64,000 nucleotides of DNA, taken from contig JALONI010000003.1 in assembly GCA_025455015.1 (NCBI GenBank), positions 8,195 to 72,194 on the forward strand, given 5' to 3'. The notes under the pieces are model-generated. The model did no database searches. It was not told where the DNA came from and was given only the letters and a program-made list of their open reading frames with translations. This DNA comes from Cyclobacteriaceae bacterium (GTDB lineage Bacteria; Bacteroidota; Bacteroidia; Cytophagales; Cyclobacteriaceae). The translations under genes and the position numbers were made by a program. Shown here one piece after another: positions 1 through 9,027 of the stretch (positions are counted from its first letter, which is position 1; each line of letters opens with the position of its first letter).

Positions 1-378
1 GATGCTTCCGATGCGCTCCATGCTTTGATTTTCCTTGGTGTAGATGGTGATGCCCGTTGGATTTTCGATGTTGCTTTGGGGAATGTACAGCAATGCGAAG
101 TCGTCCGTTTTTTGATAACGCTTTTTGGCGCTATCCAGCGGAGGGGCCTCTTTCACCATGTTGAATCGTGAAGAGCTTTCAAAGTTAAACCGTCCGGTTT
201 CGTCTAACACATACACGATTTTGGGCTTGGCGCTCTGTTCTTCCTTGTATACGATGTAGCCAAACACACCAATGATGGCCGGGAAAATCAACGGCACCAG
301 GATGGTGGCAATCAAAAATGATTTTTTCTGTACGCGGATCAAAAACTCACGCTGGATGATCAACCAAGTCTTGTTCAT
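1..378 (-). CDS. ABC transporter permease (NatB/YhaP-like), N-terminal part; runs off the left edge
   Basis: Read by hand (not in the ORF track): ATG at 378 gives MNKTWLIIQREFLIRVQKKSFLIATILVPLIFPAII..., a typical ABC-2 permease start. Lies directly downstream of an ABC ATPase. Confidence 0.85.
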   Translation of the reverse strand, partial: MNKTWLIIQREFLIRVQKKSFLIATILVPLIFPAIIGVFGYIVYKEEQSAKPKIVYVLDETGRFNFESSSRFNMVKEAPPLDSAKKRYQKTDDFALLYIPQSNIENPTGITIYTKENQSMERIGSI

Positions 379-392
379 AAGTCAATGTCGGG

Positions 393-1334
393 TTAGGCTT
401 CTTGTAAATGTTTGCGCAGGGCTTCGTCTCCCTCGCCTTTCACCAGGCTGATGAATATTTCGGCCATGGTGGGCAGCTTTTGTTCAAAGCGGTACACTTC
501 GGTGCGGCTCACCAGTTCGCTCAGCAGTTGGTTGGGCGAGCCGATGCCATTGGCCGAGATCAACGTTTCAAAGTAGTTTTCGCCCAGCGCCTTTTGTCCG
601 GTCGCTTGAAAGGACGTGCCGGTCAGGCTGAGCGCGCCTTTGTGCTCCACCACAAATGTGTTGGACCGGTAGCTTTCTTTGACGTCTTTTTTCGAGCCCT
701 CCAGCACTTTTTTTGATTTGTTGATCATGGCGATGTGGTCGCACAGCGATTCCACCGTTTCCATGCGGTGCGTAGAGAAAATGATGGTGCTGCCGTTTTC
801 TTTTAGCTCCAGGATTTTTTCGGTGATGAGCTGGGCATTGACCGGGTCAAATCCGGAAAAGGGCTCGTCCAGAATGATGAGGCGCGGTTCGTGCAACACG
901 GTGCTGATGAACTGCACCTTTTGCGCCATCCCTTTGGACAGGTCTTCCACCTTTTTATTCCACCAGTCGCTGATTTCAAATTTTTGCAGCCACTTTTTGC
1001 TGCGGTCCAGCGCCTCCTTGCGGCTGAGGCCCTTTAACTGGGCCAGGTAGAGCAACTGCTCGCCCACATTCATTTTTTTATACAGGCCGCGCTCTTCGGG
1101 CAGATAGCCGATGAGCCCCACGTGTTTTTCCTGCAGCGGCTCGCCAAAGATTTTGATCTCGCCACTGTCACGGTTGATGATTTGGTTGACGATCCGGATA
1201 AAAGTGGTTTTACCGGCTCCGTTGGGCCCGAGCAATCCATAGATGGTTTTTTCGGGAATGGTAATGTCCACATTATCCAGGGCGGTGTGGGCGGTGTACC
1301 GTTTGGTCACGCCCCGAGCGATGAGTGCCTCCAC
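393..1334 (-). CDS. ABC transporter ATP-binding protein (NatA/YhaQ-like)
   Basis: Walker A GPNGAGKT, signature LSKGMAQ, Walker B IILDEP, H-loop STH; GTG start. Confidence 0.93.
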   Translation of the reverse strand: MEALIARGVTKRYTAHTALDNVDITIPEKTIYGLLGPNGAGKTTFIRIVNQIINRDSGEIKIFGEPLQEKHVGLIGYLPEERGLYKKMNVGEQLLYLAQLKGLSRKEALDRSKKWLQKFEISDWWNKKVEDLSKGMAQKVQFISTVLHEPRLIILDEPFSGFDPVNAQLITEKILELKENGSTIIFSTHRMETVESLCDHIAMINKSKKVLEGSKKDVKESYRSNTFVVEHKGALSLTGTSFQATGQKALGENYFETLISANGIGSPNQLLSELVSRTEVYRFEQKLPTMAEIFISLVKGEGDEALRKHLQEA

Positions 1335-1368
1335 AGGTGTATGGGTTTGTTGTTTAACGAGTTGGTTG

Positions 1369-1376
1369 CAAAAGTA
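1369..1376 (-). promoter_or_regulatory. Bacteroidota housekeeping-sigma -7 element (TACTTTTG)
   Basis: Matches TAnnTTTG about 35 nt upstream of the ABC ATPase start. Confidence 0.55.
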
Positions 1377-1552
1377 AAAAGAGAATTACAACCGCAACCC
1401 TTCGTACAACGAAACTGCCGGAAAATGGTTATCCGTGATTTTCGGAATAGCCCGCAGAACCTTGTTCACAACCGCCTGTCCGCTGGGGCGGACGACCTCA
1501 GCCACGAGCCGCGCTGGCTGATCCGGCAGGGCGAAAAAGCGGGTAGATGGCG

Positions 1553-2449
1553 TTAGTTGCGCTCCTTAAACACGATTTTGCCCATGCTCACGTCCAGATC
1601 GAACGTGAGTACATCCGGGGCATTTTTTGAATAGGAGGCATTGGCATAGGTGTTGGCGCCAATCTTTTTGAGGCTGCGGCCCAAGTGGATGCTGCACAAC
1701 CACGAGTCGTTAATCTTCACCAGCACGGGCACGTCCTCGGTGGGGAGTTGAATGATCAGATTGCCCGCGCCCACACTTCCGCGCACGCGGTTGTACACCG
1801 TGGGCTTGTCACTGAAATCGAGGTACATGTTTCCAAAGCCCACATCCAGCATGACCACTTTTGAGCGGGCCATGCTCATTTGGCGGGCGCGCAAGCTCCC
1901 CAAGTCAACTTTTACAAAGAAGGTGTCCATCTCCACCTGGTTTTGGCGGCCCGCATTGTATGATACGTTTACATCGGCACTGCCCGTATTGATCTTGAGT
2001 TTTTGCACCGCCAGGCCCGACAGGTCGATATTGGCGCTGCCGATGCCATAGTCAAAATCGAGCGCATACGGTTTCTCGCCCGTCAGGTACACCTTCCATA
2101 CCTTTTCTTCCAGGGCTGTCTCGCTGCTGCCAAACATTTGATAGGAGATTTTTTCGCCCACCCCCTTGCCCTGCTTCTGCTGCATGGCCAGGCGGATGCG
2201 GTAGGTACCATCGACCAACTCATTGCTGAACGAGTGGCCATAGGCTTCCAGGTCTTGATTGCTGTATACGTTGAGCAGCTCGGAGTGCTGGCTGGGACGT
2301 ACAAAGCAGTTGCCCGTTTTTGATTTCAGCACCAACTCCACGGCTTTGCAATCTTCCCGGTTGTCCACCGTGAATTGCTTTTTTAGCTGGGCCACCGCTA
2401 CCGAGGCCACGCCACAGAATCCCACCATCAACCAAATTGCTCCCCTCAT
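1553..2449 (-). CDS. Exported hypothetical protein with LiaF/DUF2154 (toast-rack)-like repeats
   Basis: Signal peptide MRGAIWLMVGFCGVASVAVA-Q; repeated motifs such as GIGSANIDLS, GSADVNVS, DLGSLRA, GFGNMYLDFS and GAGNLIIQLP. Confidence 0.6.
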   Translation of the reverse strand: MRGAIWLMVGFCGVASVAVAQLKKQFTVDNREDCKAVELVLKSKTGNCFVRPSQHSELLNVYSNQDLEAYGHSFSNELVDGTYRIRLAMQQKQGKGVGEKISYQMFGSSETALEEKVWKVYLTGEKPYALDFDYGIGSANIDLSGLAVQKLKINTGSADVNVSYNAGRQNQVEMDTFFVKVDLGSLRARQMSMARSKVVMLDVGFGNMYLDFSDKPTVYNRVRGSVGAGNLIIQLPTEDVPVLVKINDSWLCSIHLGRSLKKIGANTYANASYSKNAPDVLTFDLDVSMGKIVFKERN

Positions 2450-2642
2450 GTCTGTTTGTACGTGTCTTGGCCTCTGCGTGTTAGGCAGGTGTGCCAAAAG
2501 TTAAAAAAGCGTTAAAAAAGTATTATGTAGCGTTTTTATACGTGTCCAGGAGGACAAAGGTTGCCATCGGTTGCCGGAAAAAATGGCCGGGCCCGGGCTT
2601 GTTGAACTCGGACAGAACCGGGGCCCGGGCCTTCCGGGCAGA

Positions 2643-3404
2643 CTACAGCATCATACCCCCCGATACTTCGATGCGCTGGGCATTGACCCACCGCGCTTCC
2701 TCCGAGCATAGAAAGGCCACTACGCTGCCAATGTCGTCCGGCCGGCCCACGCGGCCGAGGGCGGTTATTGAGGCAATTTGTGCGTTTAACTCTTTGTTGT
2801 CACGCACCGCGCCACCGCCAAAGTCGGTTTCGATGGCCCCGGGTGCCACTGTGTTTACGCGTATTTTCCGGCTGCCGAGTTCTTTGGCCAGGTAGCGCGT
2901 AAGCGTTTCCACCCCGCCCTTCATGGCGGCATAGGCCGCATAGCCCGGAAAGGAAAATCGCGCCAAGCCGGTGGAGACTGTGATGATGCCACCGCCATCC
3001 TGCACCCAGGGCAGCAGGCGTTGGGTCAAAAAGAAAACGCCTTTCAGGTGTACGTTCATCAACTGGTCAAACTGCGTTTCGGTCGTCTCGGCAAAGGGGG
3101 CATGTATGCCCATGCCTGCATTGTGGATGAGGTAGTCAATTCGCGTGGATTTGAATTTCTCCCGCAGCGTGGTTGCCAGCGTGTCCACAAATAACGGATA
3201 CGTTTGAAAGGCGGCTACTTCCAAAGGCAATGCCACGGCTTTGCGGTGCATGGCTTCTATTTCGCGCACCACCGCTTCGGCCGCCTCTTTTTTGGATTGG
3301 TAGGTGAGGATGACGTCCAGCCCTTTTTGAGCCAGGCTGAGGGCCATGTTGCGGCCCAGGCCACGGCTGCCGCCTGTAACCAAGGCAATGTGTGTGTGTG
3401 TCAT
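2643..3404 (-). CDS. Short-chain dehydrogenase/reductase (SDR)
   Basis: TGGSRGLG, HNAG, catalytic YAAMK, VAPGAIETDF. Confidence 0.93.
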   Translation of the reverse strand: MTHTHIALVTGGSRGLGRNMALSLAQKGLDVILTYQSKKEAAEAVVREIEAMHRKAVALPLEVAAFQTYPLFVDTLATTLREKFKSTRIDYLIHNAGMGIHAPFAETTETQFDQLMNVHLKGVFFLTQRLLPWVQDGGGIITVSTGLARFSFPGYAAYAAMKGGVETLTRYLAKELGSRKIRVNTVAPGAIETDFGGGAVRDNKELNAQIASITALGRVGRPDDIGSVVAFLCSEEARWVNAQRIEVSGGMML

Positions 3405-3455
3405 GTTCTTTGCTCGTTTAAAACGATGCAAAGTTGGGTGTGCCGCCCCGTTTAA

Positions 3456-3492
3456 AAATGGTCACTGTTTCAGATTAAATGGTCACGGTTTC
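3456..3492 (-). promoter_or_regulatory. Two 16-bp direct repeats at 21-bp period, putative AraC-family activator sites for the SDR gene
   Basis: AAATGGTCACTGTTTC at 3456-3471 and AAATGGTCACGGTTTC at 3477-3492; a degenerate -7 box (CAACTTTG, minus strand) lies at 3429-3436. Confidence 0.6.
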
Positions 3493-3885
3493 CGTTTTTG
3501 ACGGCTGGCGGTTCGCCCATTGCTGCTGCCGGTACTGCTTGGGGGTAAAGCCGGTAAACCGTTTAAAGAATTTGGTGAAATTGGACGGATCGAACGTGAG
3601 CTTGTCGGCTATCGCCTGGATGCTCAGCTCGTTTTCTTCCAGCATTTTTTTGGCCACGGCAATCAGCTTTTCTTCCAGGTAGAAACACGGGTGGTTTCCG
3701 GTGGTGAGTTTGAGGGTGTTGCTCAAGTGCGTGGGGTGTATGTGCAAGCGCTCGGCAAAATCACGGATTTCATAAATGCGCGGCTCACGGCCCGCTAAAA
3801 AGTCGCGCAGGTGTTGGTCTACTTCGTGCAGGTATTGCTCGGTGATTTGATGTTGTCGCGCCAGTATTTTTTTGGGCAGGGCCAT
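3475..3885 (-). CDS. Single-domain AraC/XylS-family transcriptional regulator
   Basis: FAERLHIHPTHLSNTLK and IADKLTFDPSNFTKFFKRFTGFTPKQYR double HTH; about 136 aa with no effector domain. Confidence 0.88.
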   Translation of the reverse strand: MALPKKILARQHQITEQYLHEVDQHLRDFLAGREPRIYEIRDFAERLHIHPTHLSNTLKLTTGNHPCFYLEEKLIAVAKKMLEENELSIQAIADKLTFDPSNFTKFFKRFTGFTPKQYRQQQWANRQPSKTETVTI

Positions 3886-3898
3886 GGTGCCGGTTTGT

Positions 3899-5419
3899 TT
3901 ATCTGCGGGCGTTGGGAATGTCATCGTCTGCTTCTTCCTCGTCTTCGTCATCGCCCGGTTGGGGCATGGAAAACATGCTGCTGAGCAGGTCTTTGAATTG
4001 GAGGCCCGAGGTCAGGCTGTGTTTGCTGATCAGGCTGAACTCGGCCAGCCCGTGCAGCGCAAACTCCATCAAGAACGTTTTGATCGCTGGCGCCTGGTTT
4101 TGGTGAAATTCGGTGATCAACTCGGTCAGTCCCGGCACCGACTGCAGCCGTTTCTGGTACTCGGCATTGGGCAGGTCATGCAGGATGTCCAGCGTGTTCC
4201 CATCGCCAAACCAGGCGGTGATCTTTTTGTAGGGGCTCTTCTCCTTTTGCTTGCGAAACGTGTCGGGGTCGGGAAAATAATTGACAAACTGCGTGCGAAT
4301 GGCCTTGCCCAGCAGGCTTTGCGCCACAATGCCGGGGCCCTCTTGCTCGCCTTCGTACACCAGTTCCACCTTGCCCGTGATGGACGGGATGACACCGACA
4401 AAGTCTGACACGCGCACCGAGGTGTTTTTTTCGTTGTTGATGATCGTTCTTCGTTCGGCTGCTGCCATCAGGTTTTCGTAAGCCGAAATGGTGAGGCGTG
4501 CCGAAACCCCGCTTTTGGCATCTACGTACTCGCTCTTGCGCGCTTCAAAGGCGATCTGTTCCACCAGGTCTTTGGCGATCTCGTTGGATTGGATGGCTTT
4601 TCGCTGCTCTTCGCAGATGCGGGCTTCCTGTTGGGTGATTTTTTTGCCGATCTCCAGCGTTTTGGGGTAGTGGGTGATGATCTGGCTGTCGATGCGGTCT
4701 TTGAGCGGTGTGACAATGCTGCCGCGGTTGGTATAGTCTTCGGGGTTGGCCGTGAACACAAACTGGATTTCCAACGGCAGGCGCAGTTTGAACCCGCGTA
4801 TTTGAATATCGCCTTCTTGCAGAATGTTGAACAACGCCACTTGGATGCGCGCTTGCAAATCGGGCAACTCGTTGATCACAAAAATACACCGGTGCGAGCG
4901 CGGGATCAGCCCAAAGTGGATGACGCGCTCATCCGAGTAGGGGAGTTTCAGGGCGGCTGCTTTGATCGGGTCTACATCGCCAATCAAGTCGGCAATGGAC
5001 ACATCGGGTGTGGCCAGCTTTTCGGTGTAGCGTTCTTCGCGCGGCAGCCACGCAATGGGGGTGTGGTCGCCTTTTTCGGCCAGCCTATCGCGGCCGTAGC
5101 GCGAGATGGGGTTGAGCGGGTCATCGTTCAGCTCTGACCCTTCAATGATGGGGATGTATTCATCCAGCAGGTTTACCATCAATCGCGCCAAGCGGGTTTT
5201 AGCCTGCCCGCGCAAGCCCAGCAAGTTAATATCGTGCCCCGCCAGCATGGCGCGCTCCAGGTCGGGTATCACCGTTTCTTCATAGCCCCAGATGCCGTCA
5301 AACGGATTCTCCTTTTTGCGCAGCTTCGCTATCAGGTTGCTGCGCAACTCTTCGCGGATGGTGCGGCTTTGATAGCCACTCTTTTTTAGTTCGCCAACGG
5401 TTTTGATTGTGCTGTTCAT
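3899..5419 (-). CDS. AAA+ ATPase, magnesium-chelatase-like family
   Basis: Walker A GLRGQAKT, Walker B variant FVINELPDL, TANPEDYTNRG, LKDRI; paired with an upstream VWA gene. Confidence 0.85.
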   Translation of the reverse strand: MNSTIKTVGELKKSGYQSRTIREELRSNLIAKLRKKENPFDGIWGYEETVIPDLERAMLAGHDINLLGLRGQAKTRLARLMVNLLDEYIPIIEGSELNDDPLNPISRYGRDRLAEKGDHTPIAWLPREERYTEKLATPDVSIADLIGDVDPIKAAALKLPYSDERVIHFGLIPRSHRCIFVINELPDLQARIQVALFNILQEGDIQIRGFKLRLPLEIQFVFTANPEDYTNRGSIVTPLKDRIDSQIITHYPKTLEIGKKITQQEARICEEQRKAIQSNEIAKDLVEQIAFEARKSEYVDAKSGVSARLTISAYENLMAAAERRTIINNEKNTSVRVSDFVGVIPSITGKVELVYEGEQEGPGIVAQSLLGKAIRTQFVNYFPDPDTFRKQKEKSPYKKITAWFGDGNTLDILHDLPNAEYQKRLQSVPGLTELITEFHQNQAPAIKTFLMEFALHGLAEFSLISKHSLTSGLQFKDLLSSMFSMPQPGDDEDEEEADDDIPNARR

Positions 5420-5494
5420 TTACGTGATTTGATAGTGCCGGGGCCGCTGCCTCCGTGGTTGCCGTTCGGTACCGGAAGGCCGGTGCGCCACGGG

Positions 5495-6592
5495 TTAAAA
5501 ATTTTTACGTCTGTTTTTTTTGAAGTCTTCGAATACCAGGTTGCCCAGCCCCTGTAAGCTGCTGTAGTACGCGTTGCCGTTGTTGGCCTTGGTAAACTCG
5601 CGTACAAATGCCTTCAGGTAGGGGTCGGTGGCAATCATAAATGTGGTTACCGGAATTTTGAGTTTGCGCAGTTGCCCCGCCAGGTTGAGTGTTTGGTTCA
5701 GGATTTTCTGATCAAGGCCGAAGCTGTTTTTATAGTATTTGATCCCTTGTTTGATGCAGGTGGGCTTGCCATCGGTAATCATAAACACTTGCTTGTTGCT
5801 GTTTTTTCGCTTGCGCAAGATGTCCATGGCCAATTCCAAACCGGCCACAGTATTGGTGTGGTAGGGCCCTACTTGCAAATACGGAAGGTCCTTGATTTCA
5901 ATTTGCCACGCGTCATCGCCAAACACCAAAATATCCAATGTGTCTTTCGGATATTTTTTGGTGATGAGCTCGGCCAGTGCCATCGCTACCTTTTTGGCGG
6001 GCGTGATGCGGTCTTCGCCATACAAGATCATGCTGTGCGAGATGTCGATCATGAGCACCGTGGAGGTCTGCGTTTTAAATTCGCGCTCCACCACCTCCAG
6101 GTCATCTTCCGTCATGCGGAAGTCCTCGACTCCGTGGTTGATCTGCGCGTTGCGCAGCGAGTCGGTCATGGCAATGCTTTCCAGCGTGTCGCCAAACTCA
6201 TAGTCCCTGCGGTCGGTGGTGGGTTCATCGCCCCGGCCGTTGTGGGGGGTGCGGTGTTCGCCACCTTTGGTCTTTTTGAGCTTGCCAAAAATTTCTTCCA
6301 GTGCCGACTGGCGCAGGTTCTGCTCGCTTTTGGCTTTGAGTTTGAACTCGCCCTCGGGCCCCTCATCGGTGATGTAGCCGTTGCGTTTCAAGTCCTCAAT
6401 AAAATCGCCCATGCCGTAGCCGGGCGTAGTCAGTTTGTACTGCCTGTCCACCTCGGTCAGCCACTGCAGGGCTTCGCTCACGTTGCCCGAGGTGATCAGG
6501 ATCAGTTGCATAAAAATCTTGAGCAGCCGTTCAAAATCGGATTTCTCCGATGGCGGAGGGGGTGTGTATTGCGAAAAGCGGTGACCGAGCAT
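5495..6592 (-). CDS. VWA domain-containing protein
   Basis: MIDAS motif DISHS ... TNT ... ITDG in the C-terminal half. Confidence 0.88.
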   Translation of the reverse strand: MLGHRFSQYTPPPPSEKSDFERLLKIFMQLILITSGNVSEALQWLTEVDRQYKLTTPGYGMGDFIEDLKRNGYITDEGPEGEFKLKAKSEQNLRQSALEEIFGKLKKTKGGEHRTPHNGRGDEPTTDRRDYEFGDTLESIAMTDSLRNAQINHGVEDFRMTEDDLEVVEREFKTQTSTVLMIDISHSMILYGEDRITPAKKVAMALAELITKKYPKDTLDILVFGDDAWQIEIKDLPYLQVGPYHTNTVAGLELAMDILRKRKNSNKQVFMITDGKPTCIKQGIKYYKNSFGLDQKILNQTLNLAGQLRKLKIPVTTFMIATDPYLKAFVREFTKANNGNAYYSSLQGLGNLVFEDFKKNRRKNF

Positions 6593-6775
6593 GTGGCGTA
6601 AGCGGACAAACGTCCGAATGCACTAAGTAACCAAATATTGCCGGATTCTGTTCACGCCCATCGGAATTTGGTGCTATTTGTCGGGACATTCTGTTTGTTG
6701 AACGTACGCACACTACGTTCTTCGCCTATTCGTCTGATCTTGTCGGATTGTTGGATCACCATAACATCCGTTTGC

Positions 6776-6901
6776 ATGACGAAGAGAGTAATTTTTGGCT
6801 GTCTGTTTTTTGTGCTGCTTTTGGCGCAGGCATGCACGAGCTATTCGTGCCCTACGTACTCCCAGGCACCGGCTAAACAACCGGCCGCTAAGCGGATGTG
6901 A
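6776..6901 (+). CDS. Small (41 aa) putative lipoprotein
   Basis: MTKRVIFGCLFFVLLLAQA-C: basic N-region, hydrophobic core and lipobox, followed by TSYSCPTYSQ. Confidence 0.6.
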   Translation: MTKRVIFGCLFFVLLLAQACTSYSCPTYSQAPAKQPAAKRM

Positions 6902-6916
6902 GGGCGGCCGGGAGCG

Positions 6917-6985
6917 GGCCACGGTTGAAACCGTAGCCACGCATCGGATTGCCGGAAACAAAAAGGCCACGGTTACAGCCGTGGC
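6917..6985. repeat. Two REP-like palindromes (GCCACGGTT-n-RRCCGTRGC)
   Basis: ggccacggttgaaaccgtagcc (6917-6938) and ggccacggttacagccgtggc (6965-6985) between convergent genes; a related perfect copy is at 39751-39782. Confidence 0.65.
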
Positions 6986-7046
6986 TCGGAGGTTGAAGAG
7001 CCCGCCACGCGCTGTTAAAAAGCGGTTGGGGGCCCAAGTCTATCCG

Positions 7047-7712
7047 TTAATGAGGGTGATGGTGGGGCGCTGCCGCAGCCTTATCTTCCTTCGTTTTCAT
7101 GGTGCCATACACGTGGTCCCAAAAGGGAGACGATACGCCAAACACCACTTCGCCATTTTTATAGTGATGGATGCCGTGGTTAACCCACAGCACTTTCAGG
7201 AAATTTTTTGGTGGCGGATAGGCATGCACCAGGTAGTGCACCGAGAGGTAGTAGGCATAGCCCACCAAAAATCCGGGCAGAAACGAAAACACCAAGTCGC
7301 CCATCAACACGCGGAAGATCAACAACAGCAACGTGGCGATGGTGATGCTCACCAGCGGGGGCATGGCCAGCCGCTCTTTGTCTTTGGGAAACTCATGGTG
7401 CACGCCATGGATCAGGTATTGAATCTTTTTGCGCGTCTCCGTATAGATTTTCATGTGGAAGATGTGGCGGTGCGTATTGTACTCCACCCAGGTAAAGGCA
7501 ACAAAGCCAATGCCGAACATGGCGCTGGTCATCAGGGGCGAGAGCGAAGTATGGGTAATGCTCCAATACAACAGGGCGGCCGCATACACGCCAAAGATTG
7601 CTAACGGCACCGAAATGTGCGTGCGGCTCAGTTTTTCCAAGACGGGGCTTTGAAAAAGCTGTTTCGTTCCCCGGTTTTGAGGCTTAATGTCGGCTGTGTA
7701 CGTGGCTTCCAT
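7047..7712 (-). CDS. Fatty acid hydroxylase / sterol desaturase family (FA2H-like)
   Basis: Histidine boxes HRHIFH, HGVHH, HYLVH and HGIHH with hydrophobic spans. Confidence 0.88.
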   Translation of the reverse strand: MEATYTADIKPQNRGTKQLFQSPVLEKLSRTHISVPLAIFGVYAAALLYWSITHTSLSPLMTSAMFGIGFVAFTWVEYNTHRHIFHMKIYTETRKKIQYLIHGVHHEFPKDKERLAMPPLVSITIATLLLLIFRVLMGDLVFSFLPGFLVGYAYYLSVHYLVHAYPPPKNFLKVLWVNHGIHHYKNGEVVFGVSSPFWDHVYGTMKTKEDKAAAAPHHHPH

Positions 7713-7789
7713 TGAGTATCAAGTTTTAGCGTTAGTGTTTCTGGCGAGGGTTGGGTTTAGGTTTCGATAGTCATAACACCTGTGCGGGG

Positions 7790-8932
7790 CTATACCCCTA
7801 TGGGCACAACGGATTTTTCCATGACTTTGGTATAATACGATTCGTACAGCGGAAGGATGTTGGTGATGTCAAATTCTTTCGCCCGTTGGAGGGCATTTTC
7901 TTTGAACCGCGGCAAGTTGTTCTTGTCCAGCACAAAAAGCGCCTTGCGGGTCATATCGTCCACATCGCCCACCGGGCTCAAAAATCCGGTTACGCCTTGC
8001 AGGTTCAGCTCCGGAATGCCGCCCGAATCGGACGAGATCACGGGCACCTCGCAGGCCATGGCCTCCAGCGCGGCTAACCCAAAGCTTTCTTTTTCAGAGG
8101 GCAGCAAAAACAAATCGGCCACCGACAGCACCTCTTCCACCGCTTCCAACTTTCCCAAAAAACGGATGTCATCGCAAATGCCTAACTCCTTGCACTGCTT
8201 TTCGGCCTTGGTGCGCTCGGGCCCATCGCCAATCATCAGCAACTTGGCCGGTATTTCTTTGTGGATGTTGGCAAACACGCTGATCACATCGCCAATGCGC
8301 TTCACCTTGCGAAAGTTGGAAATGTGTACCACCAACATTTCGCCATTGGGGCAAATGGCTTTTTTGAAATGATCTTTTTTCTGCTTTTTGAACTTTGCCA
8401 AGTCAATGAAGTTGGGAATCACTTCAATCTCCTGGGTGATGCGGAAGGAGTCATAGGTCTGCTGGCGCAAGTCGCGCGAGACGGCCGTCACGCCATCCGA
8501 CTGGTTGATGCTGAAGGTGACCACCGGCTCGTACGAGGCATCTTTGCCCACCAGGGTGATGTCGGTGCCGTGCAGGGTTGTCACCACCGGAATGCTGATT
8601 CCCTGGGTTTTTAATATCTGCTTGGCCATGTACGCGGCCGAGGCGTGGGGGATGGCATAGTGTACATGCAAAATATCCAGCTTTTCGTTTTTGACCACGC
8701 TCACCATTTTGCTGGCCAGTGCCAGCTCATAGGGCGGGTATTCAAACAACGGGTAGGAGCGGAAGTCCACCTCGTGGTAAAACAGGTTCTCGTTGAGGAA
8801 GTCCAGCCGGCTGGGTTGGCTGTAGGTGATAAAATGCACCTTATGACCTTTTTGGGCCAGCCCTTTGCCAAGCTCGGTGGCCACCACGCCACTGCCGCCA
8901 AATGTGGGGTAACAAACAATGCCTATTTTCAT
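7790..8932 (-). CDS. bshA: N-acetyl-alpha-D-glucosaminyl L-malate synthase (bacillithiol synthesis, GT4)
   Basis: MKIGIVCYPTFGGSGVVATELG, HVHYAIPHA, TTLHGTDIT, SNFRKVKR, ESFGLAALEAM. Confidence 0.95.
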   Translation of the reverse strand: MKIGIVCYPTFGGSGVVATELGKGLAQKGHKVHFITYSQPSRLDFLNENLFYHEVDFRSYPLFEYPPYELALASKMVSVVKNEKLDILHVHYAIPHASAAYMAKQILKTQGISIPVVTTLHGTDITLVGKDASYEPVVTFSINQSDGVTAVSRDLRQQTYDSFRITQEIEVIPNFIDLAKFKKQKKDHFKKAICPNGEMLVVHISNFRKVKRIGDVISVFANIHKEIPAKLLMIGDGPERTKAEKQCKELGICDDIRFLGKLEAVEEVLSVADLFLLPSEKESFGLAALEAMACEVPVISSDSGGIPELNLQGVTGFLSPVGDVDDMTRKALFVLDKNNLPRFKENALQRAKEFDITNILPLYESYYTKVMEKSVVPIGV

Positions 8933-9027
8933 ACATGCCGGGCCCCGGTTACGGCTGGCCGCTTTGGTTTGTTTAACCTTTAAACGACCCCTTTAGTTTC
9001 GCCCGAGGGCGCGAAAAAGCGTGTTTT

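Noticed and set aside
2580-2640. GC-rich GGCCCGGG inverted repeats after the SDR stop
   Set aside because: Imperfect, without a U-tract, and not matching the REP consensus; cannot assign a function.
5672-6601. 309-aa plus-strand ORF (similar cases: 29409-30272, 19232-20098, 18336-19175, 25149-25862)
   Set aside because: Shadows opposite clearly identified genes, with no domain signal and atypical composition.
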